NCBI GenBank assembly: GCA_002633005.1
Contig: NMRA01000022.1
Span: forward strand, 1,294,518 to 1,358,517
Source of the DNA: Phoronis australis
Lineage: Eukaryota > Animalia > Phoronida
Length of the DNA stretch: 64,000 bases
Reading direction: 5' to 3'
The notes below the pieces were generated by a model. The model had not been told where the DNA came from, ran no database searches, and saw only the letters and a program-made list of their open reading frames with translations. Positions 24,573 through 37,600 of this stretch are shown here, piece after piece. The position numbers and the translations under genes were made by a program. The stretch's first letter is position 1. Every line of letters starts with the position of its first letter.

Positions 24573-27481
24573 GGGAATTATGTGTTGTACTCTCATTAAA
24601 TCGGTCTCACGATAACCCTTACCGTGATAGGATTCGGTTTCAACGAGTAATAAGAACATCGATACCATTAGCAATTCATAAATACGCTTCATACCATAAT
24701 GCACCTTCAACTTTAAAATTCTATATTTTTACTTTTCTCCATCATACGTATTAAACACACCGATTTTTACGAGGATAACAAACCTGGTTTAACGTTAATT
24801 TCCCTAACGGAATCAAAACTAGCCCAGGGATTGTCGCATTCAAAAAGTTCATCAGGATGAGTAAAAGTGTCAAATCTGTTGTCAAAGCGCACGCGAGTGC
24901 GAGCGCCTCGCACTTGCTTTAATCAACAAAACATTGTTATTTAATTAACACCCGATTGGACTTTTCAAACGATAGAAAAAACAAGAAGACCACGTCTGGA
25001 AAATTTTGCGATTAATAAACTTACAAAAAGAAACACACTGATTCCAAAAATGTACGGCACGTGCTCGAGAGGACACACGTGCACGCGCACGTGTTTCGTT
25101 TTGACTGAATGAATTTCCGTTTTCTTCAATATAAACATCGGCCGTTTTGATTGATGGCAACGTACCGGCGTAATTCGGGATCAAAATATCAGTACTGTCC
25201 ACCGAATTGTTGTGATAACTTAAGTCGTATCAGTCGACTGTTTATTCTAAATCATTTCTTTTTCCCGTAATGAACGAAATGATGGGTGACCGATTGGACT
25301 AAAGAGAAATCTGTATCTGAAATTAGAATTTACTATTTTACGTTGAACATAATTGACGAAGCTGATGAAGAAAATCTTGTCTATTTTCATTCTATTTTAC
25401 GCCACCTGGTATTGTTGTCTATCTGTTTACTTCATTCACCCAATTCAAACTTGTGTCATTGAATGCAAATCGTTGAAGCGTATTCGCGTTTATTTCCTTC
25501 ATGCATTGTAAGTGGGGGCAAATATTTTTAAAGTCTTTTAATAAAGACGTTTGAAAATTATCGACGCCAGTAATTAATAAATTTGTGTTTGAAACTACGC
25601 CTAATTCCGCACGGAATTAATAGGCTCAGTTTCAGCATTATGCAGGACAAAACTGTCTCATATGAGCTTACTGTGTGCACAAACAAAAGAAATTATATGT
25701 GTCTACCCCTATCCCCTGATTGAGTAGGCCTTTTTCAGTAAGCCGTGAACTGCTGCCTTTACATTACGTCTTCGTGGTACCAAACTACAGATAATTACAA
25801 AGAAACTCCATCTATTTAATCACGAACCAATATTACGTGAGTTGATTATCTGCAGCCCTTTGTACTCGGTGGCTTCCTCGACAAATGTGAAATTTGTTGA
25901 TAATAATACCAGTCAACTTGTAAATATCAATAATTAAGCATCGTACAGATTATCACCCATTTCATTGGCCCTCATCAGGCTAGTACAGGTGTAAACACGC
26001 GATCTTTTATGAAAAATAGCCAGCATTTGGAGCCCGAAACAAAATCAGTGCAATGCCTATGTGCAGCCTCGGAGCTAGAGTCGGTGCCTTCATTTGACGT
26101 AACTGTGCTCTTTCTGTAGTTAAAGTTGCTTCATGTTTCTCTAACGAAACAATTAAGTTTTTTTGAACTTACAGGTACAGCGTAACATTTATGTACGAAA
26201 TAACACCAGTGGCAGCCAACAATTTCTTGTTGTTTTGTTATTGTGGGATTTGGCGTCACGCAACAATAAAAATGCGGCTCGGTGATTTTCTTATCAATCA
26301 GCACTTTATTTAAAAAGGTAACACTCGTGCTTAAATGTTTGCCTCTCAAAATCAGCTGTTTGTACTCAACAACCCAAAACGTGTGACTTGCACGTTTTAA
26401 AAACAATACAACTGGTCACCACCTTATATTCTGAGATGCAATCCTGTTTTATTGTTTTAAACAAAAAAAAACACTTTAAAAAGTTATATTCGTTTACTTT
26501 GAAGCTAATACATTTCTTTCCTTGAGAATTCCGAAATATCACCTGTGTTCAAAGTCATTAGTTTGTTTTTGTTGGTTTTTTTATTCTTCATTTGTATTAA
26601 CTTCAACGTTACAACCTTTAGTTCAGAAGCTCTGGTAATAAGCGCTGAGCATCACTACACATTTATTACCAAATAATTTCACAAACTTAGCAACTGACGC
26701 GTACTTAGGCTCACACGCAGCTTTATCCGAAATATCACATGCGATTCTCCATACAAGATATTTCTTTCAACAGTTTCCCATATAATGTAATAGGTTCACT
26801 TACATGTATAAATACAGTCGACTATGTTGAATTTATGTGCTTGTTGTTGGGTGTTTTTGTTTTCCGTGTCTTTTGTTCAGTCTTTTTTAATTTTCAGTTA
26901 AATAGTTAGGGTCGAATTGGGTACACGTTAGCGTCAACAGCTTTGTAACGGATAACCTAAGATTCATCCATGTGCTATATTTAAAGAGACATTATGAGCG
27001 AGAAAAGTTGTTTCTGAGGTCAGCCTCAGCGTGGAAATAAACCTTCAACCTTCCAGGTCTCAGCTAAATACCACTCGATGAATACCTGTGTACTTTAGAC
27101 ATATTTAACTGGTTAAGTCAGGGGCATGTATTTCAGCGAACGCATGGCTGGCAGACATAGGCTAAAGTTGGCGAGTTCAGGCACACAACGGTTTGTGTTG
27201 TTTTGTAGCTCTGGTCAACTCTAATCCCAGCCACCGAGGATCACAAAAATGTGTTTTTTGGTTTGTTTTCCGACTAGGCCCCGTAAAATGTTTCTCCTCG
27301 GCTTTTTGTCTCAAGTTTTTTCTCATACAAGCGTATGAACCTGATCGTGGATACAGGCGCAGGCTCACTCACCGGCACATTGCTCTCAATAGACGCATAT
27401 GTTTGTGTCCCAGCTTGTAGAGTAATTTTACAGAAGCCTTCTTACAAAAGATAACCTGTTGATATCCCTTCATTACTGTCT

Positions 27482-27660
27482 ATTGGCAACCAATCACAGA
27501 CCAGACAAGTCGTGGCACGAGCCGAGACAATCAATCAGAATCACGTGTCATTACACACGCTTCTAACGTATGTACTGAGGCCACGCCCATTTGCTCTTGA
27601 ACTGAACAAAATGATTAACAGTTTAATTAAATAGCCACGCGTGCCAGTGATTATATAAAA
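27482..27660 (+). promoter_or_regulatory. putative Fer3 core promoter (CCAAT boxes, TATA)
   Basis: attgg 27482, ccaat ~27490, tatataaaa 27652-27660, ~270 nt upstream of the ATG. Confidence 0.55.
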
Positions 27661-27925
27661 AGCAACAATCTCCACCAGGTAGTGAGTGTCTTGAATTCGG
27701 CAAAGTGTACACCTATCCCATACGGATGATACGGTCAGGTTATATGAATTAGATACGATCAAAATAATCTAAAGAGCGTCGAAAAAACTCAAGTCCTGTG
27801 AGCCAATAGAAGTATAGAGAGGACAGAACTTGAGAAGTGTTGTTGATGGTAAAAGCTTTGACAATACCAGGTCCGGCAGAGAAAAGGTTAGTCTTGAGCG
27901 ACTTCTAAGTTCTTATAATTGAGCC

Positions 27926-28618
27926 ATGGAAGTGGAAGGCAACGGTTCGTTTTATGGTCCCAGCAATTACGGTGATTTCTCTCCCGAAAATTCAAATGAA
28001 TACCTACACTGCTCGACACAAAATTATAACTACTCTTACGGGAGCGTGCCAACATCTTGTGGAGCAGAGTTCGCGGGAACAAATATGTTATCTCCTGAGA
28101 TTGGAAACGAAAACATTTCGCCTCCCATAAACTATCAGACATCACCTTATGATACTGTTCATACAAACTCAAGCTCGTGGGACCACTGTCCCTTCAGCTA
28201 CCCCCCAATGTCAGCTAACATGCACATGGGACACTTCGGCACGACAACATACAATCCATTTAGTGCCCGTCACTCCGGCCATGTAATTATGCAAAGTGGA
28301 AAACCGAAACGACGGCGTGTGGCGACTGTGGCGCAAAGGAGGGCCGCCAATATCCGTGAGCGTAGACGCATGTTCAACCTGAACGAAGCATTCGATGAAC
28401 TTCGAAAGATTGTGCCGACGTTTGCATACGAAAAGAGGCTGTCTCGTATCGAGACACTGCGGTTGGCCATAACTTACATCTCCTTTATGGCAGATGTAGT
28501 TAATGGTAAAGATCCTAAAGAAGTGAAACTGACGTCACTAAAACCCACAGGATGGTTCTCATTGAAGAAACTTGCAGAATCTGTCAATTTACATGGTATT
28601 CCTCCACCAATGTCGTGA
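27926..28618 (+). CDS. FERD3L: Fer3-like / Nato3 / PTFb bHLH transcription factor (230 aa, single coding exon)
   Basis: Good Kozak context (gccATGg). b[64 protein letters not shown] is characteristic of Fer3/FERD3L. Confidence 0.95.
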   Translation: MEVEGNGSFYGPSNYGDFSPENSNEYLHCSTQNYNYSYGSVPTSCGAEFAGTNMLSPEIGNENISPPINYQTSPYDTVHTNSSSWDHCPFSYPPMSANMHMGHFGTTTYNPFSARHSGHVIMQSGKPKRRRVATVAQRRAANIRERRRMFNLNEAFDELRKIVPTFAYEKRLSRIETLRLAITYISFMADVVNGKDPKEVKLTSLKPTGWFSLKKLAESVNLHGIPPPMS

Positions 28619-31355
28619 TGAACTGTGATAAATTATGTAATTTATTTGTAAATATGCCTCAATGGAAATGTGTTATATTTTACGCATTGTGTTAAGCTTG
28701 AGTTCGTACTTGTAAATAGTGAAATATTTGTACAGTGGCATGTGACACGTGATAACTTATTGAAGTTTTTGCTATGCGCCTCGCGCCATAGCCACTTTGA
28801 ATTTCCTTTTGGCATATTTGTCATGACTTAGAAGCATTGTAAAATTATATTTTACTTGACACACATTTTCAGGCTCTATGGGTAAATTGACCTCAACAGT
28901 CAAAAACAAAAATGAACTTGATTATCATTAAATCAGCTATAAACCTGCCTTCTGTAAAAAGTTACTTTTGACTTAAAATCACTTAAAACTTAGTCTTAAC
29001 TTGTTCTCCACAATGATTGGCGATGACTCCTTGTCTTGGGACAACGGGTTTGAGATCAGGCTCTAAAGTGTGGCTTGTCACAGCGCTAATTTAATGTGTT
29101 GTGAGCATGTCTCAACCAACCGAACTGATATCTCTTCACTAACTCGATAGAGTACGAAAGAATTTCCTAAACCAAAAGTTAGCTTCCTCGACGGTGGAAC
29201 TTGGGGCTATAGCTGTAAGCAGCGCGTGCTATCTCGTGCAATGTATCAGAACTTGACAACTATTCCGCAGGTTTTCAGTTCCATACCAGGTTATTTGAGC
29301 AATTTATTCTACCAAAGTGGAATATTCGATGATGGTTTTTAAAGTGCATTTTACTCTGAAACGTGTAACATTGTCTACTAAAAGGTGCAATACGTACTTA
29401 CATAGACATCCCATGTGCAATTTTGTAGTAGACAACTATTCTGATGTTTTATACACATGAAGTGTGTTACGATGGTTTGTAGGTATTCTGTTGTTGTTCT
29501 ATATTTTTGTCTCACTATGTATTTTAATGCAAGTGTTAGCTAAATTTCAGTTAATATATCTTATATCTCGTATCAAGCACCCAATAAACGTGATGCATAT
29601 GTGTACACTAAAGCCTTGTTTTGATGATGCTTTTGACAAAAAGTGATCGACTTCAGATTCTGTTGTCATGAAAGTTTTATGAAAGCGTTCGAATCGCCCA
29701 CTCCCTTACAAATACGACCCAAAAACGCGTACATTTTCATTCGAAAATTGGTGTTTACGAAATCAACCTTCTTAACGGAACTTCAGCCCGAGACACACTT
29801 TCGCACGTGTGCCGGTGAGACATGTCTATTTTTTGCGAATCATTCACTATTTAGATGCCTTGTTGACGCCATGAAAAGAGAATGAGCGGCGTGGATACGT
29901 GCACGAACCTGTGCCGATGTTCATGGTTGATTAGCCAAAGCGCGAACGCTATATGATTCTGTCCGCCTGCAAAGGACAACGTTTCAGGCGCAGCTGTCTG
30001 CCGAGAACGCATATATACTTACAAAGCAAAGGCAAGTTTTTTCGAAGGTCGTACGCTTGGTCGCCGTTGCGAAATCATACAACTGACGTTAACTTAATAG
30101 TTTTTCATATTCTGACTTCACGCAGCCTACACGAGCCACGTTTATAAATTGTGTGCCGATTTAAGTCCGAGTTACGAACGTCTTGAGCTAGGACTTATAA
30201 TAAAACGGACCGTAAGGCAGTATGTGTTCTTGGTAGAACGCGAATTTGAATATCAAAACCGCTCAGAGTCAAATTAGAACACAGCGTATTAATAATTCAA
30301 ATTTATTCTCCCTGTTAGCATCGTTTTCATTTCTATTTATTGACAATTCTATCATTTCCGTTCTTATAATTATTATTAAAGTCATAATAATAATGATGCT
30401 GTCATAAACGCCGCCGCCCTAGTCGTCGTTGTTGTTGTCTTCATCGACGTCGTCGTTTTTGTTATTACGCTGTAAAACCTTCACAACTTGTGGCTTGTCA
30501 AAGGTTGGTTTTCTGGTGCAAACACTCTGTTGAAGGCTGATCATATTTTCGTGCATCTCATAGGTTGACATGACAACGTTTGAACACTATTCATAATCGC
30601 ATGAAGTGCAAAATATATCATTTGATTATATGCAGCGGAGAGAAAGCAATTGCTACGACGTGTTTTGCCTTTACGAAGGTTGGTGAAAACAGTAGAGGTA
30701 ACAAGTAGTAAGGTTTATATTATTAATCAAGCAAGTCACGTGATTCCGAAATGTTGAAATATACGACTTGTATTCACATACGTAGCGCCCTCTGTTATGA
30801 GAAATGACGTGAAACTGAATGACTGTGTTGGGCTGATACACACTTGTGACAAAATTTCGGATAAATAGTTTTAGAATACTTTTTTTCAGATAGTGATAAT
30901 ATAAACCTCTGTGTGGTTCCGTCACTAAATTTATCCTTTGAACAAGATTTTGTAAAATGTTTGAAGCGAAATATCTTGCAGTTCTTCATACATTTATTTA
31001 CACTTATTTTTTTATAAGTTATTGTTTCGGAAACTTATTCCTTGTACAAATCATTTAATGTTCACGACATGTAAAAAGTGTGGTTGACATGGTACAGCTT
31101 TGCGCTAACGAATAGAGTTTCTAAAAAGTACATCTTTGCCTTGGTCCAGAACTAGTTTCAATAATTGCAGAAGTGTTTCGTATATTTCTGTGACAAATCT
31201 GCGTCTATGTACCCTGCACATCAATTTACTGCCGCAGCTTGATTATAGTAAAATAATAGGCTGGAACAATTTGTTATTTGATATATGTCTTGTCTTTCAA
31301 TGCATTTCAAACACCATTACCTCCTTAAGATCCAGGAGCATCGTTGCGCAAACTG

Positions 31356-31590
31356 CACACGCGCACCCAGCCTAAAATATAAGGGGGCTCGAATTTTTTA
31401 AAATGTGGACTTTTTACTTAAAAAACTGGGTACGTTCAGAGCTATGAGTTATGCATTCACCAAATTCTTGCCTTTTTAGTGGACTTCTGTCTCGTTTTGT
31501 CAGTCTTTTTGTTTCTCTGAGGCGGACCTCTTTGCCCACTTCGCCAAATGGCTCGTTTGAGCCCACCGAGACCCCCTGGGTGCGTGCATG
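31356..31590. mobile_element. MITE of the CAYGCGCGCACCCAG family with 5-bp TSD (Transib-like)
   Basis: cacacgcgcacccag...ctgggtgcgtgcatg. Flanks aactg and aagtg. Homologous to 6327-6599. Confidence 0.75.
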
Positions 31591-33398
31591 AAGTGAACTA
31601 TACGGCATGTGCATATGTTTTTGTTTATATCAAACATCTGATTTCAGTCAATCAGTTTAATTAACTCAGTTGTGTTGTTTTCATTTCATTTGAACTTTTT
31701 GAGTATTACTTGGTAGACTGGCACATAACCTTTTCGTCTGTGCAAAGTCTCAATCTTGTTTTTCACTGGGATTTCATGCCTTCATTGATTTGCAATGAGG
31801 TCGAAATGCGGAACAAGAGCGCACGATGCCATTTTGTTTATAAAATAAACACGATAGGTGACGAGTCACGAGTCTGCACAATAGCGTCTAAACTCCTCCG
31901 GCAGTCGAGAACACGATTCGTTTACAAAAGCGTTAATATCATCTTTATAGCATTTAATTGTTAGAAACTGATTAATTGAATCTAATTGGATCATAAGATG
32001 TGACAAATCGGCTTTGGATCACACCTCCATCTTCGCTACTACTGTTGCAGTGACTGGAGAAAATTGCTTGTATTTTTTATTACTGTCAAATGCGTAATCG
32101 TTTTCAGTTTTTCCAGCAGCAAAAGGAATTTGCTTCAAGCGTATCATTTTGGTAATAATGTTAATGTTTTTATTCATTCATGTTCGTAAATTACTTGACA
32201 AACGAAACATTTGATAATTTCAATTCAATTTGATAAATAAAATTTATTTGATAATTTCTTTGTAATCATTTCAATAAAAAAACGAGTAACTTCTGTACAC
32301 GTATCATTTATTATTTGGTTTTTGTCTATGTTTTTAGGTCTGATTGATGGAAGCTATTTCCAAAGACAATAATAAAACAAATTTTCGGTGTCGCAAACAT
32401 GTTTGCAAGGTGTGTGTGAAATCTCGCGCGACAACTAATAACATTAGAATTTACAATATGTTTCAGCGCGCATTACATAGTTTTAGCAGCACCGGTATGC
32501 TTTTGATTTGAGGTGAATTAACGAATTTTATTCGTTTTGATTTTCTGAAATAAAAACTTCTGAATGAAGCCACGAACATTTTATTATTCAAACGAGTCCC
32601 AACGTTTAATACGCAGAGCAGTTGTAACAATCGTTTAATGGCCACTCCATCAACCAATGTCTATACTTAAACACTGTTCACTGCTACGTAGTTTAGTTCG
32701 AAGGAAACACAATGTGAATTCCTGATATACAGTAGCGTCAAAGTTCACTTAGTATAGGTCAAAATTACGTAACACTTTTATTACCTGACGGAATTTTAGT
32801 TGGCATCAATGTGAATGCAATGCACTACAATCAAATGTGGAACAAAAAGCTACCAACGCGAACAATTTGTAGTGTAGTTAGAGGACGTTTTGCATATTGG
32901 TTTCTTCACAGGATATTTACTTCCGATCAGTTGAACCCATGTTTTACCTTTGACAATAACTCTAATCAGTACGCCAAAAATCTAGAGTCACTGTGACGGG
33001 TAGCGCGTCGTCTACGCTCACTTGTTCCCATGGAAGCTGTGTGCCGAAACCATCCAAAAGTGATACGGGCAAAGAGGTATGAGTTGTTTCGTAATCCAAA
33101 CACCCATTTTCCCGTAGTTCTTTACTCAGGGATGGGCCCGTGTATTTTTCGATTTTTCGGAAACGAGATCAGTGGCGATACTTCGCGGAAATTTGCTTGA
33201 TATATATGTAAATGAATACATTGCTCCTGTACGATGGAACACGTTTAGTGGCACACTGAAATGTTCAATGCGTGCCTTGTTCTCGTCCTTGGCCACTTTT
33301 CAGTTTGCTGTGCGAGACTATAAGACCAGAACGACCACTGGGTGTGGAATCGAAATAATGTAGGCATAGTTAATTATATAAATCAAAAATTGGTATAT

Positions 33399-33404
33399 TT
33401 TATT
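33399..33404 (-). terminator. putative polyadenylation signal of the BTB gene
   Basis: AATAAA on the minus strand, ~570 nt downstream of the stop at 33977. Confidence 0.4.
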
Positions 33405-33976
33405 AAAGATACATTGTACAGTATGTCTTCCAAAACCAAGCTGTAAGTACACAGAGGACAGACAGTGTTCAAGCAAATTCAGAGGGCTGTTTCAACTATT
33501 AACTAACATGTTGACATTATCATTCTAAACAAATACATGTACTTTCATTTGACGAGAATTTCCTCGGCAGTGGCCTGCACTGCGATTCGACTCTCGCGCA
33601 ATCACTCAAACTAAGACCGAGCTCAACTCAGCGTTACACAGTATAATATCAACACTCATTATTAAAATGCCAATCTGATAAAACATTTTCAACGTTGCAT
33701 TACCAACGAGACGTCTTGTCGTATCGTAAAATCGTCGTGATACCAAACAAGCTAAGATTGTTCTGGTCTCACGTTTGTATAAAGGCTGATGTGGCGACGC
33801 ACCCCTACATGTAAGTACATTTTTGAATGACATGTCAGTCTTGTTTTTTTAATTGCTTGTATAGGTACGCCTATTCAAAAACGAAGGGCAAGCAGGCGAG
33901 ACCCCAATAAATCTTTTTGACCTAACGAGTATGACATAATGCTTTTTGAACAAAGTTTTGTTTTCGTTAAAAAGTG

Positions 33977-34645
33977 TCAAAAATACGAAATGTTCATGCC
34001 CTTTGTACCCAAGAAGGCTTCGTCAATGCTTGACATACCGCTGTCGGATTCAATGGAGTCGGTAGATTCTGTGAGACTCGAGCGTCTTCTCGGTGACAAG
34101 GACAAACTCTTTGGCGGAAGAGGGGGAGGTTTATCGTTGCTTTCTGATTTGTCGTTCCTCTTCGCGTGTCCACTATAGAACGGGATTCTCTGTGACATAG
34201 CCCTAGCACTCACTGGCTGAACGTTCGAATAGATGGCGTTACTGACCGGGTGGCGGTAAGAGGCAGATTTTGCTGCTGCCCGCTGCGACTTTTTCCTTTC
34301 AAGATCACTCGAGGCAGATTCCGACCGGAGTTTGTAGGCTAGTGCGTCGATTAGAATGCTTTCGTTTACAATGTTTAGGGGTTTGATGTCGTTCATGATT
34401 ACCGACGCTGGAATTTGCTTGAAGTCTATGGAATCCACAAAATGAGACATCGCAGTGCCTATGCTAACATCCGAATTCTTCAGACAATATCGCCTGCACC
34501 ATTTTACCGCCACAAAAAGTTTGGTGGTTTCCCGCGCTTGAAGGTCGTCACGTGACAGCACGAGTGAGATTATGTCTCTTGGCAGTGATGCAAATTGATC
34601 GAGCATCAGAACAGATTCGCCGTATTTGACAACAAACTGTAAAAT
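33977..34645 (-). CDS. BTB-BACK gene exon 4 (terminal)
   Basis: tttcag|att tta cag; BACK region plus Ser/Pro-rich tail to TGA. Confidence 0.85.
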   Translation of the reverse strand: MLQFVVKYGESVLMLDQFASLPRDIISLVLSRDDLQARETTKLFVAVKWCRRYCLKNSDVSIGTAMSHFVDSIDFKQIPASVIMNDIKPLNIVNESILIDALAYKLRSESASSDLERKKSQRAAAKSASYRHPVSNAIYSNVQPVSARAMSQRIPFYSGHAKRNDKSESNDKPPPLPPKSLSLSPRRRSSLTESTDSIESDSGMSSIDEAFLGTKGMNISYF

Positions 34646-37600
34646 CTGAAATGAAAAGTCAAGAATTATATTCGGCACTAATTACAAGGCCACCCTAATT
34701 TAACTGGACAAAAGAAAAACTTTCGGTAGAAGCGAAGAAAGTACTTATTGGTAACAAACCTAAAAAAATGATTAAAAATCTCTCAAGTTTTGCTTGACAT
34801 GTTGACAGGTAATATTTACCTCTAAAAATATGAAATTGTCAGTCGCCATGATCGACATACCTTTTGCATTATGAACTTAGTTGCCTTATAATGGAAGTAT
34901 TTTTGGGCGAACGTCAACAGCATGCAGACTGTCTCCAGGTTAATACATTGTTCCAAGTATTCGGTTGCTGCTGTTTTTAAATCTTCTTGTCCATAATGCT
35001 CGGCCGCATTTAAAAGTCCTGTAAAATGTAAGTACTCTGTTATTTCACGAACATTCATTTCGTAAATGATTTTTTCTAAGTGTGAACGCAAATTAACAAC
35101 GAAAAGGGCAGCACAAAGTACACACATTCGTTCAACTTTCGGGAGTATAGTTAAGTTCCTAATAGATAGTTCCGTGCAACCAGCCGCTGGGCCCGTGACC
35201 ATAAAATTTTATCAAAGGCTCTAGTCGAAAATTGGCCATTTGCGCCGAATGCTTTGAAAAAAAATTTTCAGGCAATACGTTTGGTTAAATTTACAGTATA
35301 GTGTCGGGTGAGTGAGGTTTGGTTGTCAGGGAAACTGGGTCCTTTAGTATGACACTATTAGCGATATATAACATAAGAATATAGTTGAAGCAATATACAC
35401 TGTCTACTGTACTGCAACTGAACATCGCAAAGTACTCAACCATCATATCATGTTATGAATCCGTTATTTTGTTGGAGGCACGATAATAGAAGTGAGTAGT
35501 CGCCACGAACGTGAGACGTACTTTGTCATTTTACTTTCGCTTTAGATCAGCACTAACCCACTTCCGTAGACACAAAAATCTAGGACGCTATATAAAGTGA
35601 TGTAACGTGCTTCGCTTGCACTGACATGTTGATATCTCGCGAAGTCTTGCATGAATTTGAGTTTTCCTGAGGTTCTCGAGTCTACGAACGAATGTCAGGT
35701 TTCTAAACGTAGACGAAAAGTAAGACAAAATCGCCGTCTTATTACATGACATTCGACTACTGTATCCGAGCACCTGGAAAACCAACGTGACGTCCTACAA
35801 ACATCAGGTGATTTCCCGCTAAGCATACAAAACGTTTCCAACATGGCGCCAAGGGAAGTGAAACAAAAATCTATCTTGTTTCTTATCACGCAAATCATCG
35901 GTCTTTTGAGTTAAGATATTTTAAATCAACTTTTAATTTGCTATAACTTTATTTCTATTTCCAAAAGTTTTACTGTACAGTATATAATCTTTTTCCTACC
36001 TGGATTTCAAAAATANATAGTTGAAGCAATATACACTGTCTACTGTATTGCAACTGAACATCGCAAAGTACTCAACCATCATATCATGTTATGAATCCGT
36101 TATTTTGTTGGAGGCACGATAATAGAAGTGAGTAGTCGCCACGAACGTGAGACGTACTTTGTCATTTTACTTTCGCTTTAGATCAGCACCAACCCACTTC
36201 CGTAGACACAAAAATCTAGGACGCTATATAAAGTGATGTAACGTGCTTCGCTTGCACTGACATGTTGATATCTCGCGAAGTCTTGCATGAATTTGAGTTT
36301 TCCTGAGGTTCTCGAGTCTACGAACGAATGTCAGGTTTCTAAACGTAGACGAAAAGTAAGACAAAATCGCCGTCTTATTACATGACATTCGACTACTGTA
36401 TCCGAGCACCTGGAAAACCAACGTGACGTCCTACAAACATCAGGTGATTTCCCGCTAAGCATACAAAACGTTTCCAACATGGCGCCAAGGGAAGTGAAAC
36501 AAAAATCTATCTTGTTTCTTATCACGCAAATCATCGGTCTTTTGAGTTAAGATATTTTAAATCAACTTTTAATTTGCTATAACTTTATTTCTATTTCCAA
36601 AAGTTTTACTGTACAGTATATAATCTTTTTCCTACCTGGATTTCAAAAATAAAATTCAAATTCCTTAGGAAGTTCTGTAAATTTTGAAAATATGATATGC
36701 AGTGAAAAAGATTTTATTTGGAAAATCTTTCATCTAAATTCGATTCATGTCACGATGTCTTTTATGAGTTTTAGCGGAAAGGAAGACGGAGGTAAAATAA
36801 ACCAACCAGACAGCCAGTATTAAGACGACGTGCGGCATTTGCCATGAATGTTTATAGGGCTTTGGGACCAATGTTGTCTAAAACAATTTGCCATGACGCT
36901 TTGAATAAAAGTTTTAATGAAAAAACTGCCAAAATATTGTAGAACTCAGTAGACGTACAAGAAGTCAGAAGTAATTTATAACTCGGTTTAAGTGAAACAT
37001 TGCTGATTTTTTTACACTGTCGCCTTGTCAAATCAGTTCACGGCTGATGCAGTTAGCATAAAATTTGTGATAAATCAATAGACAGTAATGGAAACTTCCT
37101 TTCATATCCGCGGCCGAATCACGCAATCGTTATCCCATGCGTGACCCATGCTGCTTTGAACCCTAGCTAATGACGTGAAACCAATTCGATTGCCGAAATT
37201 AAATATCGATTTTCTTATAGTGTCACGTCTCTCTGTAGGATGTATCCTTGGTTAGCTTTATCAACACGCGTCTCTGTGAAATCGTCTTAGTTGTTGCCGG
37301 GTCGATCAAACGATGCAAATATAATAGATTGTACCTAAAGTAATTGTATGATAAGCTTCTAATTAACTGCGAGTACCAGGAAGCGTGAAGTCGTTAAATG
37401 AGCGGAAGTAATTATTGGTCTGGTCTTAGGGTCCGCTTCCGTTTACCCCAGATACTCGTGATGCAGTTACGGTTATAACTTATCGAACAAGAACACCGAA
37501 TTCCACCCCATAATACAACTTCCCAACCTCACCGACCAATCAGTTCAGTAGTTGTCACTTTCTTAGACTACACTCGCGAAGTGCCCCCGTGGTTATGTTG

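Noticed and set aside
25950-25982. Minus-strand CUGAUGA...GAAA hammerhead-like string
   Set aside because: Stems I-III cannot be formed convincingly.
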